A stretch of DNA of 64,000 bases from Candidatus Cybelea sp. (lineage in GTDB: Bacteria; Acidobacteriota; Terriglobia; Acidiferrales; UBA7541). Position numbers and translations under genes: made by a program. Position 1 is the first letter of the stretch. Each line of letters starts with the position of its first letter. The stretch covers positions 13,635 through 77,634 of the forward strand of contig DASPVZ010000007.1 in the NCBI GenBank assembly GCA_035622135.1, in the 5' to 3' direction. Positions 47,402 to 61,955 of this stretch are shown one piece after another. The notes under the pieces are model-generated. The model saw nothing but the letters and a program-made list of their open reading frames with translations, made no database searches and was not told where the DNA came from.

Positions 47402-48843
47402 GCTCCTCGGCCGCATGGACCATCGCGGGTGTGCGCAACGCGCTAGAAACAAAGCAGATCTCTGCTCGTGAACTTACCGATGAATTCTACGGCCGCATTG
47501 ACAAGCGGAACGGAGAACTTAACGCCTTCCTGACGCTGAGCCCGCGACGCGCTTATGCGCAGGCCGATCGCGTCGACCGGGCTCTCGCGGCTGGCCATGA
47601 CCTTCCCCCGCTCGCCGGAGTGCCCGTCGCGGTCAAGGACGTGATCAGCACACAGGGCATACGAACAACTTGCGGTTCGAAGATCCTCGAGAATTACGTC
47701 CCGCCCTACGATGCAACCGCCGTCGAGCGGCTCGAGAATGCCGGCGCGGTTATATTGGGCAAGACAAATTGCGATGAATTCGCCATGGGCAGTTCGAACG
47801 AGAACTCGGCCTATGGCCCCGTTCGCAATCCCGTCGCCCTCGACCGGGTTCCTGGAGGCTCGAGCGGAGGCTCGGCAGCGGCCGTTGCGGCCGGTCTGGC
47901 GGTTGCCGCCCTCGGGACCGACACCGGCGGTTCCATCCGGCAGCCAGGCGCATGTTGCGGGATTCCGGCCCTGATGCCGACCTACGGGCGTGTCTCGCGG
48001 TACGGTCTAATTGCGTTTGCATCATCGCTCGACCGCATCGGGCCGTTCGCAACGACGACGTCCGATATCGCCCGGGTGATGTCGATCATCGCGGGAGGGG
48101 ACGAGAATGACTCGACCTGCGCCGCCCTGCCGGTCGCCGACTACGGCGCCGAAATTGCTGCCCCTCTCGCAGGCGTTCGGATTGGCGTGCCGGAAGACTA
48201 TTTTGGCGAGGGCCTGGACAGCGAGGTCCTCGGCAAAGTGCAGGCGGGCATCGCGCTGCTTGAACGCCTCGGCTGCCGGCGTGTTCCGCTCGAAATGCCG
48301 CATACCGATTTTGCGATCGCGACCTATTACATCATCGCCACGGCCGAGGCCAGCTCAAATCTGGCCCGCTATGACGGCGTGCGCTATGGACTGCGGGTGC
48401 CTGGCACAACGCTGATCGAAATGTACCGCCGAACGCGCCAGGCGGGCTTTGGTGCCGAGGTCAAGCGGCGCATCATGCTCGGAACGTATGCGCTTTCGGC
48501 TGGATACTACGAGGCTTACTACCTCCGCGCGCAGAAGGTGCGCTCTCTGGTCGCTCGCGATTTCGCCGACGCTTTCGGGAAGGTGGACGCCATTATTACG
48601 CCTACCATGCCGACGCCCGCATTTCGTCTGGGAGAGAAGACCTCTGATCCGCTCCAGATGTACCTGGCTGATATTTATACGGTTACAGGGTCTCTGGCGG
48701 GTGTTCCCGGTATTTCCGTGCCCTGCGGGAAAACCTCAGCCGGTCTGCCCGTGGGCATGCAGATCTTCGGACGCCACTTCGAAGAAGGACGTGTTCTGCA
48801 GCTGGCCCATGCGTTTGAAAATGGCGGCGGCTTCTCCATGTAA
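47398..48843 (+). CDS. gatA: Asp/Glu-tRNA(Asn/Gln) amidotransferase subunit A
   Basis: Amidase signature GGSSGGSAAAVAAG...GTDTGGSIRQPA, and the KDVISTQGIRTTCGSKIL block. Confidence 0.95.
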   Translation: MSSSAAWTIAGVRNALETKQISARELTDEFYGRIDKRNGELNAFLTLSPRRAYAQADRVDRALAAGHDLPPLAGVPVAVKDVISTQGIRTTCGSKILENYVPPYDATAVERLENAGAVILGKTNCDEFAMGSSNENSAYGPVRNPVALDRVPGGSSGGSAAAVAAGLAVAALGTDTGGSIRQPGACCGIPALMPTYGRVSRYGLIAFASSLDRIGPFATTTSDIARVMSIIAGGDENDSTCAALPVADYGAEIAAPLAGVRIGVPEDYFGEGLDSEVLGKVQAGIALLERLGCRRVPLEMPHTDFAIATYYIIATAEASSNLARYDGVRYGLRVPGTTLIEMYRRTRQAGFGAEVKRRIMLGTYALSAGYYEAYYLRAQKVRSLVARDFADAFGKVDAIITPTMPTPAFRLGEKTSDPLQMYLADIYTVTGSLAGVPGISVPCGKTSAGLPVGMQIFGRHFEEGRVLQLAHAFENGGGFSM

Positions 48844-49137
48844 TGGAAGGTCACCCATCCGGAAATTTGCGCGGCCCAAAAATTCTCCGCAGCGAAAAGA
48901 ATTCGCAAAATTGTAGAAACATTCCTCCGAAAGACTCAATTTTTCACATCCCAACGCGGGAAGAATCGATGGTCTCAACCGTCAAGCACAAAGACTGGCC
49001 AGAAGTACAAGAAGCTAAAGCAGTTTCCGACTGTACTAGCCGACAGTTCCGGCGAAGTAGTACGGAACGACTATTGCAGGGAAATAGCTGCGCCGCTAGA
49101 TTGCAACCAAGCGCGCGTGATGTTTTGAGGAGCACGG

Positions 49138-49356
49138 ATGGTCCGAATTAAGTCGAGCCAGAAATTCTTCACCGAAGATGAAGTGGCCGATCTGACTGGC
49201 ATCTGCCTGGAACATTTGCGTGGCCTCGCCCGGAATCGTCACCTGGGAACGCTCGCTCGCGTCGCCGAAGCTGCTGGCGCAGAAGCGGAAAAGTGGCTCT
49301 TTACGCACTCGGACTTGATGATCCTTACCGTCCTCTGCCCCCGTTGCGAACACTAG
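49138..49356 (+). CDS. Small hypothetical protein, possible HTH
   Basis: 72-aa ORF with GAGGAG 5 nt upstream of the ATG. FTEDEVADLTGICLEHLRGLARNRHLG resembles excisionase/MerR-type HTH. C-terminal CPRCEH. Sits at the end of an AT-rich spacer. Confidence 0.4.
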   Translation: MVRIKSSQKFFTEDEVADLTGICLEHLRGLARNRHLGTLARVAEAAGAEAEKWLFTHSDLMILTVLCPRCEH

Positions 49357-49409
49357 CCGCCTCTCCCTGCACCAGGCCCTCCGAGCTTCACAAACCCCTC
49401 TGCCTCTGA

Positions 49410-50402
49410 ATGCATCCTAGAACTAGACTGCGCCCCCTGGGCAAGCCAGACATGAGATCCAGACCGAGCTTCGAACAAACTGCGCCCTGTACGTCGGCCT
49501 TTTTCATCTTCCTGGCACTTGCAGCGGCTCTGTTTGTCTCCCTTGTTTCCGAAGGCAGCGAACTCGATCGGCAGATCGGGCAAGACCAAACCGCCGGTCA
49601 AACGGCGCCCGAGGCCTCCCAGCCGGCACGAGGCCAGAAGCTCATGCTGAAGGATGGGAGTTTTCAGCTGGTGCGCGAATACAAAGTCGACGGCGACCGC
49701 GTGCGCTACTACAGTCTGGACCGATCGCAATGGGAGGAGATTCCCGCCTCGCTCGTTGATTGGGATGCCACAAAGAAAGTGGAAGCGGAAGCCAACCAGC
49801 AGGGCGCGGCACTGATCGCAAAAGTACACGCGCAGGAAGAAGCACGAAAGGTGGTGCCGCTCGACCTTGATGCCAGCCTCGAGGCTGCACCGGGCGTTTT
49901 TCTGCCGCCGGGTGAAGGGATGTTTGTGTTTGACAACAAAGCCGTTCTTCAGGTTCCCGCAGCCGAACCGACCTATAAGGCCGATCGAAAGCGGCAGGTT
50001 GAACAGGTCCTCTCCCCTATTCCGCTCGTGGCAGGGCGCACTTTCGTTCGGATCGACGGGGCGCACGCAAAGCTTCGCATCCACACCGGCCAGCCCGAGT
50101 TCTACATGCGGACCAAAGAGGTCTCCGACCCCGATCTCCAGCTCGTGACGGTCAGGGTCGAGGGAACGAGGCGAGAGATCGGCACGGTCAGGGAACTCTT
50201 CAAGCAACAGACAACCACAATGCACGCGCTGCTCATGCAGCGGTGGGAGATCGCCAAGGGCGTTTACCGCTTCACGCTGGGCCAAACGCTCGCTCCCGGA
50301 GAGTATGCCCTGGTCGTGGTGATTGAGCCCAAGAGCGAGCTCGAGCAAATCAACATGTACGTCTGGGACTTCGGCGTAGATCCGGCTCCGAAACCCCGAT
50401 AG
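49410..50402 (+). CDS. Hypothetical membrane-anchored/exported protein
   Basis: 330-aa ORF with an N-terminal hydrophobic anchor AFFIFLALAAALFVSLV (alternative ATG at 49452). No recognisable domains. Confidence 0.55.
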   Translation: MHPRTRLRPLGKPDMRSRPSFEQTAPCTSAFFIFLALAAALFVSLVSEGSELDRQIGQDQTAGQTAPEASQPARGQKLMLKDGSFQLVREYKVDGDRVRYYSLDRSQWEEIPASLVDWDATKKVEAEANQQGAALIAKVHAQEEARKVVPLDLDASLEAAPGVFLPPGEGMFVFDNKAVLQVPAAEPTYKADRKRQVEQVLSPIPLVAGRTFVRIDGAHAKLRIHTGQPEFYMRTKEVSDPDLQLVTVRVEGTRREIGTVRELFKQQTTTMHALLMQRWEIAKGVYRFTLGQTLAPGEYALVVVIEPKSELEQINMYVWDFGVDPAPKPR

Positions 50403-50430
50403 GAGGCAGCGAATAGGCGCCCTGGGACAC

Positions 50431-52731
50431 CTACTTTGCGGGGCGAGATTCGAGGAGCCCGGCAAGCAGAGAGGAGAGCGCCGAAATATGGAACGGTTTC
50501 TGCAGAACCTGAGCCCCCTTGTTGCGGACCTCCGCCGCGCTCGCCGGGTCAACCAGATCGCCGGTCATGAGGATGAACACGCTTGGCGAGCGCAAGCCGT
50601 CGGCCCGCACGCGGTCTAAGAATTCAGGGCCGCGCAGGCGCGGTAGATTAAAATCGCACAGCACTACGTCGTAGCGGCGTTTGGATAGCAGTTCGAGAGC
50701 AGCTTCCGCGCTCTCGACACAATCCACCCCAAGTCCTCTCGCCGAGAGCCCCTCCTGAACGATCTCGCGGATGCTTTCCTCGTCGTCGACCACGAGGACA
50801 GAGCGATGGGCGAATGCGGCGACCTGCCCGCGCACCTCCATCCCGGGCGATCGAGTGGGCCTGTCCGTCTCCCCCTCGGCGATCGGCAGGAACACGCGGA
50901 ACGTCGCACCCGCCCCAGGCTGCGACTGCACCTCGATAGTTCCTCCATGTTCCTTGACGACCGCCAGGCTGATGGTCAATCCGAGCCCGGAGCCTCCGCC
51001 GGGCCGCTTGGTGGTGAAGAAGGGATCAAAAACCCTGCGGAGGTCTTCCGGGGGAATACCCGGGCCGTCGTCAGAAAACGCGACGACCAAGCTCGAACCA
51101 TTGGCGGAAACCGAGACATCCACGGCGCCATGGTCCCGCACCGACGAAATCGCTTGTCTAGCGTTCGTGACGATATTGAGGAAGGCCTGGGTGAGGAGCT
51201 TCGCATCGCCCTCGACGAGCGGCAGCGGCTCGCGAGCGGTCAAACGCACGGCGATGTTGCTCACCCCAAGGGATCCTCGCTCGCGACTGAGCAGCTCTGC
51301 TACGATCTGAGCCACGTCGACGATTGAGCGCCCGCTCGCGCTCGGCCGGGAGAAGGCCATCAGCGTCTGAACGATTTCCGCAGCCCGGCGCGCTTGCTGA
51401 AGAACCAGTTCGGCGTGACGGCGGGCGGCCTCCTCGGTCGCCCGCTCGCGCATCAAGTCGCCAATTCCGAGAATGGCGGTTAAAGGATTGTTCAGCTCGT
51501 GGGCCGCGCCGGTCAGCATTTGCCCCATGGCAGCCAGTTTCTCCGTGCGGGCGAGCTGCTCTTCAACGCGCTTGGAATCGGTGATATCGCGCGCGGAAGC
51601 GACAACGCCGTTGATCTGGCCTTCCTCATAGAGCGGCCCCGCGTTGATCTTCAGAATCCGCCAGCTTCCGTCGCGGTGGCGCATGCGAACCTCGATTTCG
51701 ATATGGGCAATCTCTCCGGCCAAGAGTCTTTTGAACGCCTCGTCGAGCCTCGGTCTATCTTCGGGCCGAGCGCGCAGGCCAAAGTCATGCCCGATGTATT
51801 CCTGGGGGCCGTCGCCGAGCACATCCTCGACGCGCTGGCTGACGTAGGTGTAGCGTCCTTGGCGGTCGAGAACGGCGATCAGGTCGGGGAAATTGGCAAT
51901 CAGCCGCCGTATGAATTCGCGCTCCTGGCGGAGGCGGCGTTCAATCTCGAGCCTCTCGGTGACGTCGACCATCGTGCCTTGCAGTCGGGCGATGCGGCCG
52001 GATGCATCGCGGAGCACAAAGCCGGAAGCCAAGCAATGGATGTCTCTTCCGCTCTTGTGCCGAAGCACGACCTCGCGGTCCTCGATCGAGTCCTTCGTCT
52101 CGAGCTCCCGCACAATCGCGCTGCGAGCGGCAGGATCGGCGCACAGTTCCCGGAAGTTCTTGGCCTGCAGCTCCTCTTTGCTGCTGTAGCCCAGCATGCG
52201 GACCAGGGCAGGGTTCACATCGAGGATGTGGCCATCGAGGGTGGTGAAAAACATTCCTTCACGCAAAGACTCAAACAGCTCCGCGAAACGAATCTCGGAT
52301 TCGCGCTCGGAGGTCGCATCACGCGCCCACCCGATCACGGCGCTCACTTCCCCGCCCTCGGAGATCGCCTGGAACCAGCAGGAGAAGTACCGAAGCCGCT
52401 TTTTTCCTTTCAAGCGCGCCGGGACGGTACCCCGCCATGAACCGTCCGGCCCGAGGCTCTCGAGAGCTCGCTTGGCCTCCGCCATCGTCGGGGAGTCGAA
52501 GAACTCGGAAAATCGATGGCCGATGAAGTCGGGAAACGGCAACTCGAGAATCTCCGACAGCCGCCGGTTGGCCACCAGAATCTCGCCCCGCGGAGACAGA
52601 GTGAACACAGCTTGATCGAGATTGTCGATTAGCTCGCGATGTTTCTGCTGGGAACGGGAAATGATTTCGACGAGTTCCCGAAGGGGCCGCCGAGAGGATC
52701 CGAGCTTGTCCGGTGCTTTTGCCTGCGCCAT
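50431..52731 (-). CDS. PAS-domain hybrid sensor histidine kinase / response regulator
   Basis: Three or more PAS/PAC-like modules. H-box AHELNNPL. HATPase (NARQA, DDGPGI, GSGLGL). C-terminal receiver (VLVVDDE...DVVLCDFNLP...K). Start ATG 52731 is preferred over TTG 52827. Confidence 0.88.
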   Translation of the reverse strand: MAQAKAPDKLGSSRRPLRELVEIISRSQQKHRELIDNLDQAVFTLSPRGEILVANRRLSEILELPFPDFIGHRFSEFFDSPTMAEAKRALESLGPDGSWRGTVPARLKGKKRLRYFSCWFQAISEGGEVSAVIGWARDATSERESEIRFAELFESLREGMFFTTLDGHILDVNPALVRMLGYSSKEELQAKNFRELCADPAARSAIVRELETKDSIEDREVVLRHKSGRDIHCLASGFVLRDASGRIARLQGTMVDVTERLEIERRLRQEREFIRRLIANFPDLIAVLDRQGRYTYVSQRVEDVLGDGPQEYIGHDFGLRARPEDRPRLDEAFKRLLAGEIAHIEIEVRMRHRDGSWRILKINAGPLYEEGQINGVVASARDITDSKRVEEQLARTEKLAAMGQMLTGAAHELNNPLTAILGIGDLMRERATEEAARRHAELVLQQARRAAEIVQTLMAFSRPSASGRSIVDVAQIVAELLSRERGSLGVSNIAVRLTAREPLPLVEGDAKLLTQAFLNIVTNARQAISSVRDHGAVDVSVSANGSSLVVAFSDDGPGIPPEDLRRVFDPFFTTKRPGGGSGLGLTISLAVVKEHGGTIEVQSQPGAGATFRVFLPIAEGETDRPTRSPGMEVRGQVAAFAHRSVLVVDDEESIREIVQEGLSARGLGVDCVESAEAALELLSKRRYDVVLCDFNLPRLRGPEFLDRVRADGLRSPSVFILMTGDLVDPASAAEVRNKGAQVLQKPFHISALSSLLAGLLESRPAK

Positions 52732-52957
52732 CCGATGTCTCGTGGTGTTCGCCGCCGCGGGCGATTCCCCAAGCCGCTCGACAGATTTTACCGGCGATGG
52801 GAAAGCGAGGGGAAAATAAAGCTCCAAGAGATGCCGGGTTGCTCAACACGACCGTGACGATGCGAAGCGGAAACCCACAAGCAGGAGCCTCGCGCGAACC
52901 CGCGATCGAGCCTCCCGCGAGTCGCTCATGCCTAGCTCGGCGATCCTAGAGGATCGC

Positions 52958-52998
52958 AAAAAAGAAAAAGGCAGGACCAACTTTAGGTCGGCCCTGCC
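52958..52998 (-). terminator. Rho-independent terminator downstream of rpoC
   Basis: On the minus-strand RNA: GGCAGGGCCGAC-CUAAA-GUUGGUCCUGCC (12-bp stem with two G-U pairs) followed by UUUUUCUUUUUUG, starting 26 nt after the rpoC TAA. On the plus strand the same stem would have two A-C mismatches. Confidence 0.8.
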
Positions 52999-53023
52999 AT
53001 GGAAGTGATTGATCGAAGGCCGT

Positions 53024-57211
<4,188 letters not shown>

Positions 57212-57352
57212 GGGCTGCCTCCCTCCCCGGCTCCGCCGGGGCCAAAAAAATCGTTTTAGAAACCCGCGTCTCGCGCGCCCGCCGACCCTCTGCGGGCCGG
57301 GGACCTCGCCGCTCCTGCGGAGGGGCCCGGAACCGGGCAGCGCGCCATTTCC

Positions 57353-60300
57353 TTAATCCGCCGCTTCGGCCTTCTCGAGTTGCGGCTTTTGGCGTTTCAT
57401 CAGCTCAACATCCAGACAGAGCGACTGCAGCTCACGAACCAGCACGTTGAACGATTCGGGCACACCCGGTTCGATCCCGGGCTCGCCCTTGACGATCGCC
57501 TCGTAAATCTTGGCGCGACCGTACACGTCGTCCGATTTCGCGGTAAGCAATTCCTGCAGGATGTGCGCGGCTCCGTACGCTTCGAGCGCCCAAACCTCCA
57601 TTTCCCCAAAGCGCTGGCCTCCGAACTGCGCCTTCCCGCCCAGCGGTTGCTGCGTGATCAGGGAGTAGGGGCCGATCGAGCGCGCGTGAATCTTGTCGTC
57701 GACCAGGTGCGAGAGCTTGAGCATGTAGATGTAGCCGACGGTGACGTTTTGCGCGAATTCATCGCCGGTCATGCCGTCGTAGAGGCTGATCTTCCCGCTC
57801 TCCGGCAGCTCGGTGAACTTGAGCAGGTGGCGAATGTCCGCTTCCCGCGCGCCATCGAATACGGGAGTAGCCATCGGAACACCCTCCCGGAAACTATGCG
57901 CCAGGTCGAGCAGGGCGTCATCATCGAGCTGGGCGATGGTCTTCCATACCGACGTCGGCCCGAAGGCGTCCTTGAACCACCGGCGAACGGCCTCGGCGCG
58001 TGCTTCCGTGTCGTCCACGACCTTGCCGACACGTTCGCCGAGTTCCTTCGAAGCCCAGCCGAGGTGCGTTTCGAGAATCTGTCCGACGTTCATACGAGAA
58101 GGAACGCCCAGCGGATTGAGGACAATCTCGACCGGCGTGCCGTCGGGCATGTAGGGCATGTCCTCCTTGGGGACGATGCGGGCGATCACACCCTTGTTGC
58201 CGTGGCGGCCAGCCATTTTGTCGCCGACCGAGAGCTTGCGCTTCATGGCGATGTAGACCTTCACCAGCTTGATGACGCCCGGCGGCAGCTCGTCGCCTTT
58301 CTTGAGTTTCGAGATGCGCTCGTCGGTGATCTTGCGGAGCACATCAATCTGGCGCGAGGTCATCTCCTCGATCTCGTCGATCTTCTCGATGAGCAAGGGA
58401 TCCTTGTCGTTGAGCCGCAGGCGCTTCAGGTTGCGCGTCGAGATTTTCTCGAGGATGTCGCGCGTGAGTTCGGCGCCCTTGTTCAGCAACCGTTTGTTCG
58501 TGCGCTCGTCGTGCAGGTCGGCCAAGAGCTTCTGACCGCCCAGCAGGCCCGTGAGGCGCTTCAGCCGCTCGTCGGTGAGAATGCGAATTTCATCGGCCAG
58601 GTTCTTTTCAAGCTTGGCCACTTGAGCCGCTTCGATGGCCTTATGCCGTTCGTCCTTTTCGGCGCCCTTGCGGCAGAAGATCTTGACGTCGACAATGGTG
58701 CCCTCGATGCCCGGCGGGCAGTAGAGCGAGGCGTCGCGAACGTCGCCGGCCTTTTCGCCGAAGATCGCGCGAAGAAGCTTTTCTTCCGGGGTGAGCGTCG
58801 TTTCGCCCTTCGGGGTCACCTTGCCCACCAGGATGTCGCCCGGGCGAACGGTGGCGCCGATGCGGATCACTCCGCTTTCATCGAGGTTGCGCAAGAACCC
58901 CTCGTTGATGTTGGGAATATCGCGCGTGATTTCCTCGGGGCCCAGTTTCGTGTCGCGAGCCTCGATTTCGAATTCCTCGATGTGGATCGACGTGTAGTAG
59001 TCCTCTTCCACGAGTTTTTCGCTGACCAGAATGGCGTCCTCAAAGTTGTACCCGCGCCAGGGCAGGAAGGCGACCAGCACGTTCCTTCCGAGCGCGAGCT
59101 CGCCGCGATCCGTGCAGGGTCCGTCGGCGAGGACTTGGCCCTGCTTCACGCGGTCGCCGATGCGCACGAGCGGCTTCTGATTGATGCACGTATTCTGGTT
59201 CGAGCGCTTGAATTTGGTGAGCAGGTAGATGTCGGAACCGACCTCGCGGCTAAGCACGCCGGACTGATCCGACTCGACGCGCACAATCACGCGCTCGGAG
59301 TCGACCTGATCGACGATGCCGTCGCGCCGGCAAACGATGACTGCGCCCGAATCGCGCGCGGTCACCCGTTCCATGCCCGTGCCGACCAGGGGCGCTTCGC
59401 CGCGGATGAGCGGCACGGCCTGGCGCTGCATGTTCGAACCCATGAGCGCGCGGTTGGCGTCGTCGTTCTCGAGGAACGGTATCAAACTGGCCGCCACGGA
59501 CACGAGCTGCTTGGGCGAGACGTCGATGTAATCGACTTCATCGCGGCTCTTGAGCACGAAGTTGCCGGCCTGCCGGCAGTTCACTAGTTCCGTCGTGATC
59601 CTGCCTTTCTCGTCGAGCGAGGCGTTCGCCTGGGCCACCACGTAGCGGTCCTCTTCCCAGGCGGAGAGATAGAAGCAATGCGGCTCGACCACGACGCGCC
59701 TGCGCTTGAGATCCTCATTGGCCTCCTCGACCCTCTCGCGCTCGACGAACTCGCCGACTTTGAATTCGCTGTCGCCGGAATTGATCACCTGCACGTAGTC
59801 GATGACCCGCCCGCCCCTCACCTTGCGATACGGCGACTCGATGAAGCCGAACTCGTTGATCCTCGCGTAGCAAGACAGCGAGCTGATCAACCCGATGTTC
59901 GGACCTTCGGGCGTTTCGATCGGGCAGATGCGGCCGTAGTGCGTGGGGTGGACGTCGCGTACTTCGAATCCGGCGCGCTCGCGCGACAGCCCCCCGGGAC
60001 CTAGAGCCGAAAGGCGCCGCTTGTGCGTGATTTCGCTGAGCGGATTGGTCTGGTCCATGAACTGGGAGAGCTGCGAGCTGCCGAAAAACTCCCGGATAGC
60101 CGCCATGACCGGTTTCGCGTTGACCAGATCGTGCGGCATGGCCGTCGACATTTCCTGGTAGACCGACATCTTTTCCTTGATGGCGCGCTCCATGCGCACC
60201 AGGCCGATGCGGAACTGGTTTTCGAGCAGTTCGCCGACCGCACGCACCCGGCGGTTGCCCAGGTGATCGATGTCGTCGACCGTGCCCACGTTGCGGCGCA

Positions 60301-61801
60301 GCCGGAGCAGGTACTTGATGGCGGCGACGAAATCCGCCGGGTCAAGCGTGCGCTTGTCGAGCGGAGTTTCCAGCCCCAGCTTGATGTTGAACTTCAGCCG
60401 TCCAACCTTGCTGAAATCGTACTTGCGCGCATCAAAGAACATCCCGTTGAACAGGGCCGTCGCCGTTTCGAGCGTCGGGGGATCGCCGGGACGCAACTTG
60501 CGGTAAATCTCGATCAGCGCTTCCTTCGGAGTGCGGATCGCATCCTTGTCGATGGTGCGCGACACAATCACGCCCACCTCGTCGCGCTCCGGAAAACAGA
60601 TGTCCACCTCCGTAATGCCCGCTTCGGCGAGCGTCGACCACATTTCCCCGGCCATGGGCTTATTGGCTTCAAGGAGCACTTCGCCCGTTTGACGGTTGAC
60701 GAGTTCGCCGACGGTCACCGCGCCGTCCAGATCGCCGGCACCGACCTCGACCTGGTTGACGCGCGACTTCACCAGTTCCTTGTACAGCGGCTCGGAAATG
60801 CGCTTGTGCGCGCCGACCAGCACTTCTCCTGTCTTGGGATGCTTGATTTCGCGGCTCAGCTTGCGATCGATCAGCCCTTCGGAAAGGTTCCAGTACATCC
60901 CGTTGTCATGCAGCGAGACGCGCTCCACCTGATAAAAGGTGCGCAGAATCTCCTCGTTCGTCTTCATGCCCAGGGCGCGGAGGAAGATCGAGCCCAGGAA
61001 CTTGCGCTTGCGATCGATACGCACATACAAGGTGTTCTTCGTGTCGTATTCGAATTCCACCCAAGACCCGCGATAGGGAATGATCTTCCCGAGGAAGTAG
61101 GTGCGGTTGTTGGCCGTTTCGAAGAACACGCCCGGCGAGCGGTGCAGCTGGCTGACAATGACGCGCTCGGTCCCGTTGATGATGAACGTCCCGTTCTCGG
61201 TCATGAGCGGTATATCGCCGAAGAAAACTTCCTGTTCCTTGATGTCGCGAATCGATTTCGAGCCCGTGTCGGGATCCTTGTCATAGATGGTGAGGCGGAT
61301 GGTGACCTTGAGCGGCGCCGAGTAGGTCATGCCGCGCTCCTGGCATTCGCTCACGTCATATTTGAGCTGCAGCGTGACCGGATCGCCGCACTTGTTGCAG
61401 AACGTCGGCGTGTTCTTGTTGAACGTGCCGCACTTGGCGCAAATGACGTCCCCGGTCCTGTAGGGGTTGGTGACCACGGAAGCGCCGCAGTTCCGGCAAG
61501 TGGCGCGCAAGTGATGCAGGCCGCGCAGGTGGCCACACTTGCACTCCCAGTTGCCGATCGCGTAATCGACAAAATCGAGCTGCGAGAGACCGCGAAAATC
61601 CTGGATGGGGAATACGGACGTGAAAACCGACTGCAGCCCGGTATCTTCCCGCTCGCTGGGCAGCAGGTCCATCTGCAGGAATCGCTGGTATGACTTTTTC
61701 TGAACGTCGATCAGGTTCGGAATCTGGACGGTCGTCTTGATCTTGGCGAAGTCCAGCCGTTCGCGTTCCCGAACGACGCGATTTCCGTTACGAGTGCTCA
61801 T
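57353..61801 (-). CDS. rpoB: DNA-directed RNA polymerase subunit beta
   Basis: 1482 aa. Conserved blocks [18 protein letters not shown], the rifampicin region [34 protein letters not shown], and [13 protein letters not shown]. Has E. coli-like SI1/SI2-type insertions plus an extra Cys-rich insert at aa 85-145 (see findings). Confidence 0.98.
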   Translation of the reverse strand: MSTRNGNRVVRERERLDFAKIKTTVQIPNLIDVQKKSYQRFLQMDLLPSEREDTGLQSVFTSVFPIQDFRGLSQLDFVDYAIGNWECKCGHLRGLHHLRATCRNCGASVVTNPYRTGDVICAKCGTFNKNTPTFCNKCGDPVTLQLKYDVSECQERGMTYSAPLKVTIRLTIYDKDPDTGSKSIRDIKEQEVFFGDIPLMTENGTFIINGTERVIVSQLHRSPGVFFETANNRTYFLGKIIPYRGSWVEFEYDTKNTLYVRIDRKRKFLGSIFLRALGMKTNEEILRTFYQVERVSLHDNGMYWNLSEGLIDRKLSREIKHPKTGEVLVGAHKRISEPLYKELVKSRVNQVEVGAGDLDGAVTVGELVNRQTGEVLLEANKPMAGEMWSTLAEAGITEVDICFPERDEVGVIVSRTIDKDAIRTPKEALIEIYRKLRPGDPPTLETATALFNGMFFDARKYDFSKVGRLKFNIKLGLETPLDKRTLDPADFVAAIKYLLRLRRNVGTVDDIDHLGNRRVRAVGELLENQFRIGLVRMERAIKEKMSVYQEMSTAMPHDLVNAKPVMAAIREFFGSSQLSQFMDQTNPLSEITHKRRLSALGPGGLSRERAGFEVRDVHPTHYGRICPIETPEGPNIGLISSLSCYARINEFGFIESPYRKVRGGRVIDYVQVINSGDSEFKVGEFVERERVEEANEDLKRRRVVVEPHCFYLSAWEEDRYVVAQANASLDEKGRITTELVNCRQAGNFVLKSRDEVDYIDVSPKQLVSVAASLIPFLENDDANRALMGSNMQRQAVPLIRGEAPLVGTGMERVTARDSGAVIVCRRDGIVDQVDSERVIVRVESDQSGVLSREVGSDIYLLTKFKRSNQNTCINQKPLVRIGDRVKQGQVLADGPCTDRGELALGRNVLVAFLPWRGYNFEDAILVSEKLVEEDYYTSIHIEEFEIEARDTKLGPEEITRDIPNINEGFLRNLDESGVIRIGATVRPGDILVGKVTPKGETTLTPEEKLLRAIFGEKAGDVRDASLYCPPGIEGTIVDVKIFCRKGAEKDERHKAIEAAQVAKLEKNLADEIRILTDERLKRLTGLLGGQKLLADLHDERTNKRLLNKGAELTRDILEKISTRNLKRLRLNDKDPLLIEKIDEIEEMTSRQIDVLRKITDERISKLKKGDELPPGVIKLVKVYIAMKRKLSVGDKMAGRHGNKGVIARIVPKEDMPYMPDGTPVEIVLNPLGVPSRMNVGQILETHLGWASKELGERVGKVVDDTEARAEAVRRWFKDAFGPTSVWKTIAQLDDDALLDLAHSFREGVPMATPVFDGAREADIRHLLKFTELPESGKISLYDGMTGDEFAQNVTVGYIYMLKLSHLVDDKIHARSIGPYSLITQQPLGGKAQFGGQRFGEMEVWALEAYGAAHILQELLTAKSDDVYGRAKIYEAIVKGEPGIEPGVPESFNVLVRELQSLCLDVELMKRQKPQLEKAEAAD

Positions 61802-61927
61802 GGATGATCCTCTTCAAAGGTGAAACCGGAGGCGGCAGGGCAGAGAGACACCCGCACTGCCGGCCCGGGAAGGACGTGTTTTGATATATGAATTCCAAAG
61901 GAGCGCGTGCGTACGCGAATCTCCGTT

Positions 61928-61952
61928 GCCGCCGAAGCGGCGGAAGCCGCCG
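61928..61952 (-). promoter_or_regulatory. Alternative GC-rich stem-loops in the rplL-rpoB spacer (possible attenuator/processing element)
   Basis: Three segments CCGCCG / CGGCGG / GCCGCC. The middle one can pair with either neighbour. The element starts 4 nt after the rplL TAG. No U-tract follows. Confidence 0.25.
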
Positions 61953-61955
61953 ACA

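Noticed and set aside
48843-49151. 102-aa ORF spanning the AT-rich spacer after gatA
   Set aside because: Its start overlaps the gatA stop, with no SD. The composition simply reflects the AT-rich spacer, and it overlaps the better-supported 72-aa ORF start. An internal ATG (about 48969) gives a 60-aa peptide that cannot be supported without conservation data.
12508-52440. Other long shadow ORFs: 12508-13443, 15115-16188, 21199-22206, 22535-23518, 23552-25027, 34579-35832, 49353-50552, 51499-52440 and similar
   Set aside because: Each lies opposite a gene with strong homology evidence. Those I checked (15115-16188, 21199-22206, 22535-23518, 23552-25027, 34579-35832, 49353-50552) are all in the codon-aligned antisense frame. 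Translations are Arg/Gly/Ala/His-rich with no motifs.
57380-61693. 735-aa and 556-aa plus-strand ORFs antisense to rpoB
   Set aside because: Same codon-aligned antisense frame as above (offsets mod 3 = 2 for both) and the same compositional character. They are interrupted only where rpoB uses a rare TTA/CTA/TCA codon.
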